From: an uncultured Prochlorococcus sp.
GTDB taxonomy: Bacteria; Cyanobacteriota; Cyanobacteriia; PCC-6307; Cyanobiaceae
Length of the DNA stretch: 64,000 bases
NCBI GenBank assembly: GCA_902539115.1
Contig: CACBHP010000003.1
Location: forward strand, 22,694-86,693
Direction: 5' to 3'
Of the stretch, positions 9,808-20,137 are shown piece after piece. The translations under genes and the position numbers were made by a program. The notes below the pieces were generated by a model. The model was given only the letters and a program-made list of their open reading frames with translations. It was not told where the DNA came from and ran no database searches. Numbering within the stretch: the stretch's first letter is position 1; every line of letters begins with the position of its first letter.

Positions 9808-11775
9808 ATGCAAGATCATCACTCAACAAATGAATCTTTTGACATTATCGTTATTGGAGGAGGACATGCAGGATGCGAAGCAGCCATAACAACAGCAAAA
9901 TTAGGATTTTCTACAGCCTTATTTACAATCAATTTAGATAGGATTGCCTGGCAACCTTGCAACCCTGCAGTTGGCGGGCCTGCAAAAAGTCAGTTAGTGC
10001 ATGAAGTTGATGCATTAGGTGGAATTATTGGTAAATTAGCTGATGAGACAGCTATACAAAAAAGAATATTAAATGCGAGTAGAGGCCCAGCTGTATGGGC
10101 ATTAAGAGCTCAAACAGATAAAAGAGAATACTCAAAAAAGATGATTGAAATACTACAAAATACAGATAATTTATCTTTAAAAGAAGCAATGATTACTGAA
10201 CTGGATATTGTAAAAACTGAAGAAATTGGATTGAACTCAAAAAAAATCTTAAAAAAAAGAATTAAAGGTGTAAGGACTTTCTTTGGTAGTTATTATTCAG
10301 CAAGATCAGTTATCATCACAGCTGGTACGTTTTTAGAAGGAAGAATATGGATAGGAAATAAATCAATGTCAGCTGGTAGATCTGGCGAACAAGCAGCAAA
10401 AGGTCTTACTCAAAATTTGCACGAAATTGGTATCAAAACAGAACGTTTAAAAACAGGAACTCCAGCAAGAGTTGATAAAAAAAGTATCATTTTTGATGAA
10501 TTAGATATTCAACCAAGTACTGCAGCAGATAAATATTTTTCGTTTGATCCAGATATAAAAAATAATATGCCCCAAGTTAGTTGTCACATCACAAGAACAA
10601 CTACCAAAACACATCAACTAATTCGAGACAATTTACATTTAACTCCCATTTACGGCGGTTTTATTGATAGTAAGGGGCCAAGATATTGTCCATCTATTGA
10701 AGATAAAATCGTTAAATTTGCTGATAAAGAATCACATCAAATTTTCTTAGAACCAGAAGGGATTAATACCCCTGAAATATATGTGCAAGGATTTTCTACA
10801 GGTTTACCCGAAAATATTCAATTAGAACTTTTAAGAACCTTACCTGGATTAAGTGAATGTAAAATGTTGCGCCCAGCATATGCTGTGGAGTATGACTATA
10901 TACCTGCAACACAGCTCCAAACATCACTCGAAACGAAAGAAATTGAATATTTATTTAGCGCCGGACAAATTAATGGGACTACTGGTTATGAAGAAGCAGC
11001 AGCACAAGGATTAGTTGCAGGAGTCAATGCGACAAGAAAACTAAACAAAAAAGATCCAATGATCTTCACTAGAGAAAGCAGTTATATAGGAACAATGATC
11101 AATGATTTAATTACCAAAGATCTCAAAGAACCATACAGAGTTCTAACTAGCAGGAGTGAATATAGGTTAACTCTTAGAGGAGATAATGCGGATAGGAGAT
11201 TAACACCATTAGGTTATCAAATAGGACTAATTAATGAGAAAAGATGGTCTGCCTATCAAGAAAAAATGAAACTCCTCGAGGAAGAGAAATTTAGATTAAA
11301 TAATACTCGTTTAAAAAATACCGATGATATATCAAAAAAAATAGAATTAGAAACAGGATCAAAGATCAAGGGCTCAACAACTTTGAAAGAACTTTTAAAA
11401 AGACCAAACTTTCATTATTCAGATTTAATTAAATATAATTTGAATGAAAAAAATCTAGGTTCTTCAATACAGGAAGGTGTTGAAATAGATATTAAATACG
11501 AGGGTTACCTTAAAAGGCAAAAAAACAACATTGAACAAATAAATCGTCAAAGCTGTAAATCTCTGCCTCAAGAAATAAATTATGAAAAGATAGATACATT
11601 ATCTTTAGAAGCTAGAGAAAATTTAAATAAGATAAAGCCAAAAAATTTTGGTGATGCTTCAAAAATTCCTGGAGTAAGCAAAGCTGATTTAACTGCATTA
11701 CTTGTTTGGCTAAAAATAAGAGAAATAAAAAAAGAAAAGGCAAATATTTTTGTCAAAAAAAAGTTATCATCTTAA
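9808..11775 (+). CDS. mnmG: tRNA U34 carboxymethylaminomethyl modification enzyme GidA/MnmG
   Basis: [23 protein letters not shown] and [17 protein letters not shown]. Confidence 0.98.
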   Translation: MQDHHSTNESFDIIVIGGGHAGCEAAITTAKLGFSTALFTINLDRIAWQPCNPAVGGPAKSQLVHEVDALGGIIGKLADETAIQKRILNASRGPAVWALRAQTDKREYSKKMIEILQNTDNLSLKEAMITELDIVKTEEIGLNSKKILKKRIKGVRTFFGSYYSARSVIITAGTFLEGRIWIGNKSMSAGRSGEQAAKGLTQNLHEIGIKTERLKTGTPARVDKKSIIFDELDIQPSTAADKYFSFDPDIKNNMPQVSCHITRTTTKTHQLIRDNLHLTPIYGGFIDSKGPRYCPSIEDKIVKFADKESHQIFLEPEGINTPEIYVQGFSTGLPENIQLELLRTLPGLSECKMLRPAYAVEYDYIPATQLQTSLETKEIEYLFSAGQINGTTGYEEAAAQGLVAGVNATRKLNKKDPMIFTRESSYIGTMINDLITKDLKEPYRVLTSRSEYRLTLRGDNADRRLTPLGYQIGLINEKRWSAYQEKMKLLEEEKFRLNNTRLKNTDDISKKIELETGSKIKGSTTLKELLKRPNFHYSDLIKYNLNEKNLGSSIQEGVEIDIKYEGYLKRQKNNIEQINRQSCKSLPQEINYEKIDTLSLEARENLNKIKPKNFGDASKIPGVSKADLTALLVWLKIREIKKEKANIFVKKKLSS

Positions 11776-11793
11776 AAGCATTCCGTCTTAGCA

Positions 11794-12399
11794 CTGAATA
11801 ATAAACTTTTTAACTCACCAAAAATTTTATGGGAAGAAAAAGCCTCTACTTTTTTAGTGAAAAATTCATTACCAAAAATATCTGGTCCATGGAAATTAAT
11901 GCTGCTTGGGGATGGAAGTCCAACTAGACATTTACAGCTTTTAACTAATCAAGAGACAAAAATTAAATTAATTTCAATGCGAATTGATCCTCTGTTCATT
12001 GAAGAAGGTCCTAAAGAATTAAATCAATTAAATGGACCTTTAATTAGAAGACAAGTATGGATTAAAAACAATAATAAAAACCTAGCATGGGCTGAAAGTT
12101 GGTGGAATGCAGAACAAGCTAATGAAAATTTAAAAGCCAAAGAAGAACCAATTTGGAAGAATTTGACACAAGACAGATCAGAATTGTTTAGAGAAGTTGA
12201 CCGAATTTCACTTGTTAATTCAAATTGGTTAGAGGATCAATTTTGTTTTAAAGGTCCATTCTGGTCAAGAAATTATAGATTTTTTCGAGACAAAAAGCCC
12301 CTAACAATTATTAGAGAAGTATTCAATCCACATTTAGAAAGTTTATTAGGCTATTCAGGAATTAAAGAATTTAAGAAACTATACTCTTCTTCTTCTTGA
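11794..12399 (+). CDS. ubiC: chorismate pyruvate-lyase (Ycf21/UbiC-like); start uncertain (CTG 11794 or GTG 11857)
   Basis: LLGDGSPTRHL, RRQVW and AWAESWW match the cyanobacterial Ycf21/UbiC-like family. The frame is open back to 11776. Confidence 0.75.
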   Translation: MNNKLFNSPKILWEEKASTFLVKNSLPKISGPWKLMLLGDGSPTRHLQLLTNQETKIKLISMRIDPLFIEEGPKELNQLNGPLIRRQVWIKNNNKNLAWAESWWNAEQANENLKAKEEPIWKNLTQDRSELFREVDRISLVNSNWLEDQFCFKGPFWSRNYRFFRDKKPLTIIREVFNPHLESLLGYSGIKEFKKLYSSSS

Positions 12400-12942
12400 T
12401 CTGGGAAGATTTCTTGATTTTGATTGAACTTGTTGGTTTGATTGATCTCTCGAAGTATTATTCTCTTTTTCTGAAGCTCTTTGCCATCTTTCAACTTTGA
12501 AATCCATTTCATCTGGCCAATCCTCGTCCTTGCTCTCTTTCACATAAGGTAATTTCTTTTGCTCAGTTATATGTAAATTTTTTGGTTGCCTTAAAGATAT
12601 TGCTTCTAAAGGTCTTTTTGAGTACTTTTTAGAAGATTCATAAGAATTTGATTCTCTGGAAAATGTCTTAATATCACTGTTATCATCGTAAAAATTCTCA
12701 TCATTCCAATCATCATTATCTTCATCAAAAAATAAATCCACTTTTTCAGATACCCATCTTCCTACTTTTTTAACACTCTTACTTGTTATTCCTTGAAAAT
12801 CTGAGTTCCTTCTTTTTCCTGGCCTAGCACCAGATACTCCATCAACAAATTGTCTTCCAGTTTCGAAAATTTTATCAACCTGTTTATCAACAATATTTTT
12901 ATCAAAACTATTTCTAAGATTTCTAATTCTGCTTGAATCCAT
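12379..12942 (-). CDS. hypothetical protein, acidic and low-complexity
   Basis: 187-aa ATG ORF with GRQFVDGVSGARPG and a C-terminal LPRSRRRRV. No catalytic motifs seen. Confidence 0.75.
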   Translation of the reverse strand: MDSSRIRNLRNSFDKNIVDKQVDKIFETGRQFVDGVSGARPGKRRNSDFQGITSKSVKKVGRWVSEKVDLFFDEDNDDWNDENFYDDNSDIKTFSRESNSYESSKKYSKRPLEAISLRQPKNLHITEQKKLPYVKESKDEDWPDEMDFKVERWQRASEKENNTSRDQSNQQVQSKSRNLPRSRRRRV

Positions 12943-13025
12943 AAATTATTATGCTTTTTAAAATATAAATTACATTAAAACAATAAATAATTCCAAATTT
13001 AGAAACAAAAACACATCTTATATTT

Positions 13026-13553
13026 TTAATCAAACAAAATTAAACACTTTTTATTCCATGATCCATTAAAGAAATTTACACAACATTTTTTACAGGCAAT
13101 ATTCTTTATTCTTTTTCTGTAGAAAAATTTCTCACCACAATTTTGGCAAGTTCCTATGTATTTTAATTCTCTCCTTTCAATAGGAAATGAGTGCCGCACA
13201 GAGATTTGAAAATCCTTCTCTTTCTCATTAATTTCACGCATCTTTTCTAAGAAATTTGGACCATGTATCTCATTTTTTTTTAATATCCTATCTACCCATG
13301 CATGAATCATTTCATGGCATAAAGTACTGTTTATTTCACTAGTAGATAATTTACTCAGAATAGGTTTCGATAAGATAATTTCAGAATCTAAAAAACCATT
13401 AATTCGTTTTCTTTTATAAAAACCAGCAGTAGTTTTTAATCTATTATCACTCCATCTAACTTTTACTAAAGGTTGATTATTAACCGCTAGAGAATTTTCA
13501 AAATATTGACTATTAAATTTATGAAATAAAGGTAAAAGAGGAATTACAGGCAT
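13026..13553 (-). CDS. SprT-family zinc metalloprotease with C-terminal zinc ribbon
   Basis: TLCHEMIHAW (HExxH), HGPNF, and cysteine pairs CQNC / CKKC. Confidence 0.88.
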   Translation of the reverse strand: MPVIPLLPLFHKFNSQYFENSLAVNNQPLVKVRWSDNRLKTTAGFYKRKRINGFLDSEIILSKPILSKLSTSEINSTLCHEMIHAWVDRILKKNEIHGPNFLEKMREINEKEKDFQISVRHSFPIERRELKYIGTCQNCGEKFFYRKRIKNIACKKCCVNFFNGSWNKKCLILFD

Positions 13554-13638
13554 TATGGATTAAAATTAGTTTTATTTTGACAAAAAAAGCCATCAAAAAC
13601 GATTTCTTTTCTTAAAGTAATAAAAAACTCAAATCAAC

Positions 13639-14058
13639 ATGGATGCAACACTAGTTAAAGATATCGGAATTAAAGCATTATTAGTTGGTGGAGCTGTACT
13701 AGTTTCTTTTTGGACTTTTAATGCAGTCAAATTAGTTATTAGCGCCAGAGGAATTAATCCATTAGTAAGAAAGTTTTTTGATCAGATAGCTGCTGGCAGA
13801 ATTGATGCAGCTTATGGTTTGACTACAAAAACTTATAAGACTCATGTAAAGCGCCAAGACTTTCTTAAATTTTTAGCTAGTTTAAACCTCAATAAATACA
13901 GAAATTTAAAATCAGGAAGACCTAGAGTCCAAGAAGATCAAATCATAATAACTTTGAACTTAAAATCAGAAGATAAACAAGATGAGCTGCCACTAGATTT
14001 TACTTTTTCAAAAACTGACAATGATTGGAAAATAGACAGAATAGCTAAAGTGAATTAA
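13639..14058 (+). CDS. hypothetical membrane-anchored protein (possible NTF2-like soluble domain)
   Basis: N-terminal hydrophobic helix. FFDQIAAGRIDAAY...WKID is a pattern typical of NTF2-like DUFs (inference). Confidence 0.75.
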   Translation: MDATLVKDIGIKALLVGGAVLVSFWTFNAVKLVISARGINPLVRKFFDQIAAGRIDAAYGLTTKTYKTHVKRQDFLKFLASLNLNKYRNLKSGRPRVQEDQIIITLNLKSEDKQDELPLDFTFSKTDNDWKIDRIAKVN

Positions 14059-14067
14059 TAATTTCTT

Positions 14068-15396
14068 GTGAGGCAAAAAGAATTGTTTAAAGAAGAGATA
14101 ATATATCAGTTAGAAATACACCCAAGTAGATTAGATAAAGAAAAAATAATCTCAGAAGCAATGGAACAAGGTCTAGATGATTTTTTTGAAGGAATCCGTA
14201 TGGCACTTGATCCATTGGTAACTTTTGGTGTAAAAATTGTTCCTGAAAAAAAGAGTGAAAAAAGTCAAAATTTTTTATGGAAAGATTTTAGGGAATTAGC
14301 AAATAAGCTTATCCAAAGAGAACTTACTGGCTATGCTGCTCGTGATGCAATTCTTACGGCTATGGAATCTTCCACAAAAGAAGAGTGGAATGGATTTTAC
14401 AGACGAGTTTTAATTAAAGATCTTAGATGCGGTGTATCTGAAAAAACAATAAACAAGATAGCCAAGAAATTTCCCAAATATGCGATTCCTATTTTCTCTT
14501 GTCCTTTGGCTCATGACAGTGCAAATCATGAAAAAAAAATGATAGGAAAAAAGCAAATCGAAATCAAATTAGATGGTGTGCGCGTCTTAACTATTATTAG
14601 ACAAAATAAAGTAGAGATGTTTTCTCGTAATGGGAAACAATTCCATAATTTTGGTCATATTATCTCAGAAATAGAAAACGTCTTAAAAGAAGATCCTGTA
14701 CCTCATGACTTAGTCCTAGATGGTGAAGTAATGAGCGCTAACTTTCAGGATTTAATGAAACAGGTTCATAGAAAAGATGGCAAACAAACAAAAGACGCAG
14801 TTCTACACCTATTTGACTTATGTCCCCTTGAAAACTTCCAAAAAGGGGGATGGAACACTAGTCAAACAGAAAGAAGTTTATTAGTAAAAGAATGGGTAGC
14901 AAAACATTCTATGCTTCTAAGACATATAAAAACACTTGAATGGGAAAATGTAGATCTCGACACTATTGAGGGACAGAAAAGATTTGTAGAGCTGAATAAA
15001 TCTGCCGTGGAAGGTGGATATGAAGGAGTAATGATTAAAGATCCTGATGCTATTTATGAATGTAAAAGAACACACAGTTGGTTAAAAGCAAAACCTTTCA
15101 TTGAAGTCACTTTAAAGGTTGTATCGGTTGAGGAAGGCACAGGACGCAATAAAGGTAGACTAGGAGCTGTCCTAGTAGAAGGAGAAGATGATGGGCATGA
15201 ATACAGTCTTAGTTGTGGAAGCGGATTTAGTGATATCCAACGTGAAGAATATTGGTCAAAACGGCATCAACTTATTGGTCAACTTGTAGAAATCAGAGCT
15301 GATGCTAAAACAAAATCCAAGGATGCGGTGGCTTTTAGTCTTAGATTTCCTAGATTCAAATGCTTTAGAGGATTTAAAGCTGGAGAAAAAGTTTAA
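14068..15396 (+). CDS. ATP-dependent DNA ligase, T4 gp30-like
   Basis: Motif I EIKLDGVR, III VLDGEV, IIIa HLFDL, IV EGVMIK, V WLKAK, and OB domain ending SLRFPRF. Confidence 0.93.
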   Translation: MRQKELFKEEIIYQLEIHPSRLDKEKIISEAMEQGLDDFFEGIRMALDPLVTFGVKIVPEKKSEKSQNFLWKDFRELANKLIQRELTGYAARDAILTAMESSTKEEWNGFYRRVLIKDLRCGVSEKTINKIAKKFPKYAIPIFSCPLAHDSANHEKKMIGKKQIEIKLDGVRVLTIIRQNKVEMFSRNGKQFHNFGHIISEIENVLKEDPVPHDLVLDGEVMSANFQDLMKQVHRKDGKQTKDAVLHLFDLCPLENFQKGGWNTSQTERSLLVKEWVAKHSMLLRHIKTLEWENVDLDTIEGQKRFVELNKSAVEGGYEGVMIKDPDAIYECKRTHSWLKAKPFIEVTLKVVSVEEGTGRNKGRLGAVLVEGEDDGHEYSLSCGSGFSDIQREEYWSKRHQLIGQLVEIRADAKTKSKDAVAFSLRFPRFKCFRGFKAGEKV

Positions 15397-15512
15397 ATTT
15401 TAAAAATAATATTCAACAAAGTAGTCAATGAAAAATGTGGTTTTTAAGCAAAAAAACTAAGAATCTTGGCTATAAAATAAAAGAATAATTATCATTACTT
15501 TTTAAGAGACTT

Positions 15513-15665
15513 ATGACTAAGAAAACAGTTTTCAACTTCATAAAAACACCTTGTGGACAGGCAAAATATATCGAATTAGAAGCCAACAAAACTTTACTAG
15601 GTAAATTTAGGCTTTTGTGGTTTATCTTAATTGCATCTATTAGAGATTGGAAGTTTAAAGAGTAA
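15513..15665 (+). CDS. 50-aa small protein, not in the ORF track
   Basis: ATG..TAA read by hand: MTKKTVFNFIKTPCGQAKYIELEANKTLLGKFRLLWFILIASIRDWKFKE. It fills the gap and ends 4 bp from the convergent gene. Confidence 0.7.
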   Translation: MTKKTVFNFIKTPCGQAKYIELEANKTLLGKFRLLWFILIASIRDWKFKE

Positions 15666-15669
15666 ATTC

Positions 15670-16272
15670 TTAGGAGTTTTCAAAATATTCTCTGGAGTAT
15701 TTAGCTGAGAAATATACAACTAAAAAAGTTGAAATAATTCCAATGATAGTCATATATAAATTATTTGGTGATTGCACATTTTTTAACTCCTGAATACTTT
15801 TTGCCAAACTACCTATTGAGCAATAAAGAAAAGTTCCTGGAATTATTCCAAGAAGACCAAGAGCGAAATCTCTAAATTTAACATTATTCAAACCATAAAA
15901 ATAATTAAGAATACTGAAGGGAAATATCGGCGATAATCTCGCTAAAAAAATTAATTTAAGTCCGCCTTTTTCTACTACTTTTTCCATAATACTTAATTTT
16001 GGATAACGTCTAAAAAGATTTTTTAGCTTTTTTGCAAAAAAACTTTTTGATACAAGAAACGCAACTGATGCTCCTATAGAAGCGGAAATGAAAACGATAA
16101 TTGATCCTAAATATGAACCATATAAAAAACCTGATAATAAAGATAACCAAGAAGCTGGAAGTATTAATAAAACAATTAAAATATAAATGCAAACAAACGA
16201 AAAGATCCCAATTCCAGTATTAAAAAAAAAAGACAAATTATAAATATTTTCAAGAAATATATTCATCTTCAA
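15670..16272 (-). CDS. TVP38/TMEM64 (SNARE-associated, DedA superfamily) membrane protein
   Basis: LSGFLYG, ARLSPIFPFSILNY and GIIPGTFLY; several transmembrane segments. Confidence 0.88.
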   Translation of the reverse strand: MKMNIFLENIYNLSFFFNTGIGIFSFVCIYILIVLLILPASWLSLLSGFLYGSYLGSIIVFISASIGASVAFLVSKSFFAKKLKNLFRRYPKLSIMEKVVEKGGLKLIFLARLSPIFPFSILNYFYGLNNVKFRDFALGLLGIIPGTFLYCSIGSLAKSIQELKNVQSPNNLYMTIIGIISTFLVVYFSAKYSREYFENS

Positions 16273-19031
16273 TTCAAAAGTTCGAGTTTTTTAGTAATTC
16301 TCTCCATTTGTCCCGAACCCTCGTTTAATTTAAATCTACATTCATCAACAATATCTTTTGGAGCCTTATCCACAAAATTTTTATTAGATAATCTCTTATT
16401 TAAATTATCTAATTCAATTGTCACCTTTTTTAAATCCTTATTTAATCTTTCCTTTAATGCTTCTATATTTACAAAATCCTGAAAAGGTAAGTAAACCTCT
16501 AAATCACTAATTATCCCAGAAAAAGATTTAGCAAACTCTTTTTTATCAACAGCATTAGGTTTAAAAATAAATACTTCAGAAGATTTAGTTAAGGTTTGAA
16601 TATCATCAATTAAAATTTTTAAAAAATCAATCAATTCATCATTGTCTGAAATTAAGTAAACAGGAACTTTGTCTGATGGCTTGAGGCCTAATTCAGCTCT
16701 CAAATTTCTAATCAATCTAATAATTTCAAAGAGTTGCTGAAAGGAATTATCAAGCTTATTATCAACAAATTTATTTTCTTGAATTGGCCATTTTTGAAGA
16801 GATAATAATTCATTATCTGGTTTAAGTTGCAGTGCATGCCAAAGTTCTTCAGTAATGTGCGGCATAAAAGGATGAATCATCACCAAAATATCATTGAGGA
16901 CTTTTATTAAAACCTTTTCTGATATTTGTCTATTATCAGTCTCTTTATTATTAAACCTTTGTTTAGCAAATTCTACATACCAGTCACAAAAATCATTCCA
17001 CGTAAATTCATATAGAAGTTTCGCAGATTCTCCCAATTTATATTCTTTCAACAAAGCAGTGACCTTTGTATTTACCTTATTCAGTTTAGATAAAATCCAC
17101 TTATCACATAACTCTAAAGAAGTTTCATCACTGTCATTAAGCGAATAATTATTGTTAGAAGTTTTATTAATTAATACAAATTTAGTTGCATTCCATAATT
17201 TATTCGCAAAATTTCTTGAAGCTTCAACAGTTGAAGATGTATCTTTTTTTCGATCAAAATCAAGCCGAATATCTTGTCCAGCGCCTGCAACTTCTCGAAT
17301 CAACGCAAATCGCAAAGCATCAGAGCCATATTTATCAATTAATAGTATTGGATCAATACCATTACCTGAACTTTTACTCATTTTTTTATTATTTTCATCT
17401 CGTACTAGACCATGAATATACACATCCTTAAAAGGAATATTATTAGTAAAAGTATTCCCCATCATTGTCATTCTCGCCACCCAGAAGAAAATAATATCGA
17501 AACCAGTAATAAGAACACTATTTGGATACCATTTTTTAAAATCCGGATCATTTATATTTGGCCAACCAAGGGTTGAAAAAGGCCATAAACCACTTGAAAA
17601 CCAAGTATCCAAAACATCTTTATCACGAACCAATTTAATATTTAATCCAAATTTTTTATTAGCTTTGATTAAAGCATCCTCTTCATTTCTTGCAACGACA
17701 AATGGAGTATTTTGTTCTATTGAGTCTTGAGAGTCATCTAAAACGTACCATGCTGGTATTTGGTGCCCCCACCATAATTGCCTACTGATACACCAATCGT
17801 TAATATTCTCTAACCAATCCTTATAAACTTTCTCCCAGCGTGGAGGAATAAACGATGGTTTTTTAGAATCAATTTCATTAAGACATCCTTGAGATATGGC
17901 ATCCATTTTCAAAAACCATTGTGTTGACAATAAAGGTTCAATTGGCACCTTGCCTCTATCAGAAAAAGGAACAGTATGTTTATAATCCTCAATCTTTGTC
18001 AAAAGACCTAAGTTATCCAATTCCTTGATAATTTTCTTTCTAGCCTCATATCTATCTAAGTTTTGAAATTTGCCTGCATTAATATTTAAAGTTCCATCTT
18101 TATTCATTACATTAATCTGTTTTAAATTATGCCTTTTTCCTATTGCAAAATCATTTGGATCATGGGCTGGAGTAACCTTGACACATCCCGTTCCAAAATC
18201 TTTATCAACGTGTGAATCAGCGATAATAGGTATTTCTCTATCAACGAAAGGGACTTTTACTTTGACACCAATAAATTCTTTATATCTATCATCATCAGGG
18301 TTAACTGCAACAGCAGTATCACCCAAAAGAGTTTCTGGCCTTGTTGTTGCAACTTCTAAGTACTCATCTAATGGTTTCCCACTTTCAGAAATTAAAGGGT
18401 ATTTAAAGTGCCATAAATGACCGTTTATTTCTTGCATTTCAACTTCAAGATCACTTACGGCAGATTGAGATTCAGGACACCAATTAACTAAATATTCACC
18501 TCTATAAATTAAATTCTTTTTATAAAGGATATTGAAAGCCTCAACAACTGCCTCATTTAATTTTTGATCCAGAGTAAATCTTTCTCTAGTCCAGTCAACT
18601 GAATATCCTATCCTCTTCAATTGAGAAACTATTCTGCCACCACTTTGTTTTTTCCAGTTCCATGCTCTTTTAAGAAATTCATCTCTTCCAATATCCTCGC
18701 TTGTTTTACCTTCACTTTTTAATTTTTTTTCGAGAATAGTTTGAACAGCTATTGAAGCATGATCAGTTCCTGGCAAACATAAAACATTCTTCCCTAAAAG
18801 TCTTTGAAAACGTACTACAACATCTATCAAAGCTGTATTAAATGCATGTCCCATATGCAATGATCCAGTTACATTTGGTGGCGGAATAACAATACAAAAG
18901 GGCTCCCCATCATCCTCTGGATTAGGACTAAAGGCCTTTAAACTTTCCCATTTTTCTTGCCACTTTTTCTCTACTTCAAAAGGTGAATAATTTTTTAAAG
19001 ATAATTGATCATTCATCTCTGTCATATGCAA
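16269..19031 (-). CDS. valS: valine--tRNA ligase
   Basis: PPPNVTGSLHMGHA (HIGH), KMSKS, DWCISRQLWWGH and a C-terminal coiled coil. Confidence 0.98.
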   Translation of the reverse strand: MHMTEMNDQLSLKNYSPFEVEKKWQEKWESLKAFSPNPEDDGEPFCIVIPPPNVTGSLHMGHAFNTALIDVVVRFQRLLGKNVLCLPGTDHASIAVQTILEKKLKSEGKTSEDIGRDEFLKRAWNWKKQSGGRIVSQLKRIGYSVDWTRERFTLDQKLNEAVVEAFNILYKKNLIYRGEYLVNWCPESQSAVSDLEVEMQEINGHLWHFKYPLISESGKPLDEYLEVATTRPETLLGDTAVAVNPDDDRYKEFIGVKVKVPFVDREIPIIADSHVDKDFGTGCVKVTPAHDPNDFAIGKRHNLKQINVMNKDGTLNINAGKFQNLDRYEARKKIIKELDNLGLLTKIEDYKHTVPFSDRGKVPIEPLLSTQWFLKMDAISQGCLNEIDSKKPSFIPPRWEKVYKDWLENINDWCISRQLWWGHQIPAWYVLDDSQDSIEQNTPFVVARNEEDALIKANKKFGLNIKLVRDKDVLDTWFSSGLWPFSTLGWPNINDPDFKKWYPNSVLITGFDIIFFWVARMTMMGNTFTNNIPFKDVYIHGLVRDENNKKMSKSSGNGIDPILLIDKYGSDALRFALIREVAGAGQDIRLDFDRKKDTSSTVEASRNFANKLWNATKFVLINKTSNNNYSLNDSDETSLELCDKWILSKLNKVNTKVTALLKEYKLGESAKLLYEFTWNDFCDWYVEFAKQRFNNKETDNRQISEKVLIKVLNDILVMIHPFMPHITEELWHALQLKPDNELLSLQKWPIQENKFVDNKLDNSFQQLFEIIRLIRNLRAELGLKPSDKVPVYLISDNDELIDFLKILIDDIQTLTKSSEVFIFKPNAVDKKEFAKSFSGIISDLEVYLPFQDFVNIEALKERLNKDLKKVTIELDNLNKRLSNKNFVDKAPKDIVDECRFKLNEGSGQMERITKKLELLN

Positions 19032-19115
19032 ATTCTATTTCGAGAAACTTTTTATTTATTTTATCTTGATAGCAGCCAATTAATGAAAATAATATTAGTT
19101 TGGAAAAATAATAAA

Positions 19116-19187
<72 letters not shown>

Positions 19188-19284
19188 TATAATAAATCAT
19201 TCTAATAGATGAAGTTGAAATATTTATACAAACTATTTAAATATTTCATGATTGAGGCAAAATTGAATTAATAAAATATATCCT

Positions 19285-20130
19285 ATGTCTTCAAACGATA
19301 GATATAACCTTCAAAAGAATTCAGATTTAGAGACTTTAGATAGCTTTAAAATTTTAATATCTAATATCAAGTCATTAAAAGATAAAACTTGGGGATGCCC
19401 TTGGCAAAAAATACAGTCTCATAAATCGTTGATCCCATTTTTACATGAAGAAAGTAGTGAATTTATAGATGCGATATACGAAAAAAAGGCTGAAGACATA
19501 TGTGAAGAGTTAGGAGATCTTTTATTACAAGTAATGCTGCATGCTGAAATCGGTTACGAAAAAAAAGAATTTGAACTAAATGATGTTATAAAAAATCTAA
19601 ACCAGAAAATTATTAATAGACATCCATATATTTTCAAAAAAAAAGAAAAAGTATCTATAAAAAGATCACAACAGATTTGGGAAAATATTAAAAATTCAGG
19701 AAAAGAAGCATCTCATGTGGAATCATCAATTAGTAAAAATTTAAATTTGAAGATCAAAAATTTACCACCAACGGTTGCAACCGATAAAATCACAAATGTT
19801 GTTAAAGAATATGGTTTTAAATGGGAGAGTACCGATCAGATTTTTGAAAAGTTAGAAGAAGAAATTAATGAATTAAAGGAAGCAATTAAAAGTAAAAATG
19901 ATTCAGAGATAAAAAATGAATTTGGGGATATTTACTTTACCCTTCTTAATCTCTCAAACTTTTTAAAGATCAATCCTGAATCAGCTCTTCAAAAAACTAA
20001 TAAAAAATTTTTAGACAGATTTTCAATCATTGAACATCATGCAGGAGATAATATTAAAAAACAAACATCTAAAGATTTTCAAAGGCTTTGGCAAATAGCC
20101 AAGCAAAAACTTAAAAGAAAAAATTCATAA
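19285..20130 (+). CDS. mazG: nucleoside triphosphate pyrophosphohydrolase MazG (two-domain)
   Basis: GCPW, EELGDLLLQV, INRHP, and a second domain with EEEINEL...EFGD. Confidence 0.93.
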   Translation: MSSNDRYNLQKNSDLETLDSFKILISNIKSLKDKTWGCPWQKIQSHKSLIPFLHEESSEFIDAIYEKKAEDICEELGDLLLQVMLHAEIGYEKKEFELNDVIKNLNQKIINRHPYIFKKKEKVSIKRSQQIWENIKNSGKEASHVESSISKNLNLKIKNLPPTVATDKITNVVKEYGFKWESTDQIFEKLEEEINELKEAIKSKNDSEIKNEFGDIYFTLLNLSNFLKINPESALQKTNKKFLDRFSIIEHHAGDNIKKQTSKDFQRLWQIAKQKLKRKNS

Positions 20131-20137
20131 AAAGCAA

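Noticed and set aside
12379-12942. Possible helicase or viral protein
   Set aside because: No Walker or helicase motifs; it is a low-complexity acidic protein.
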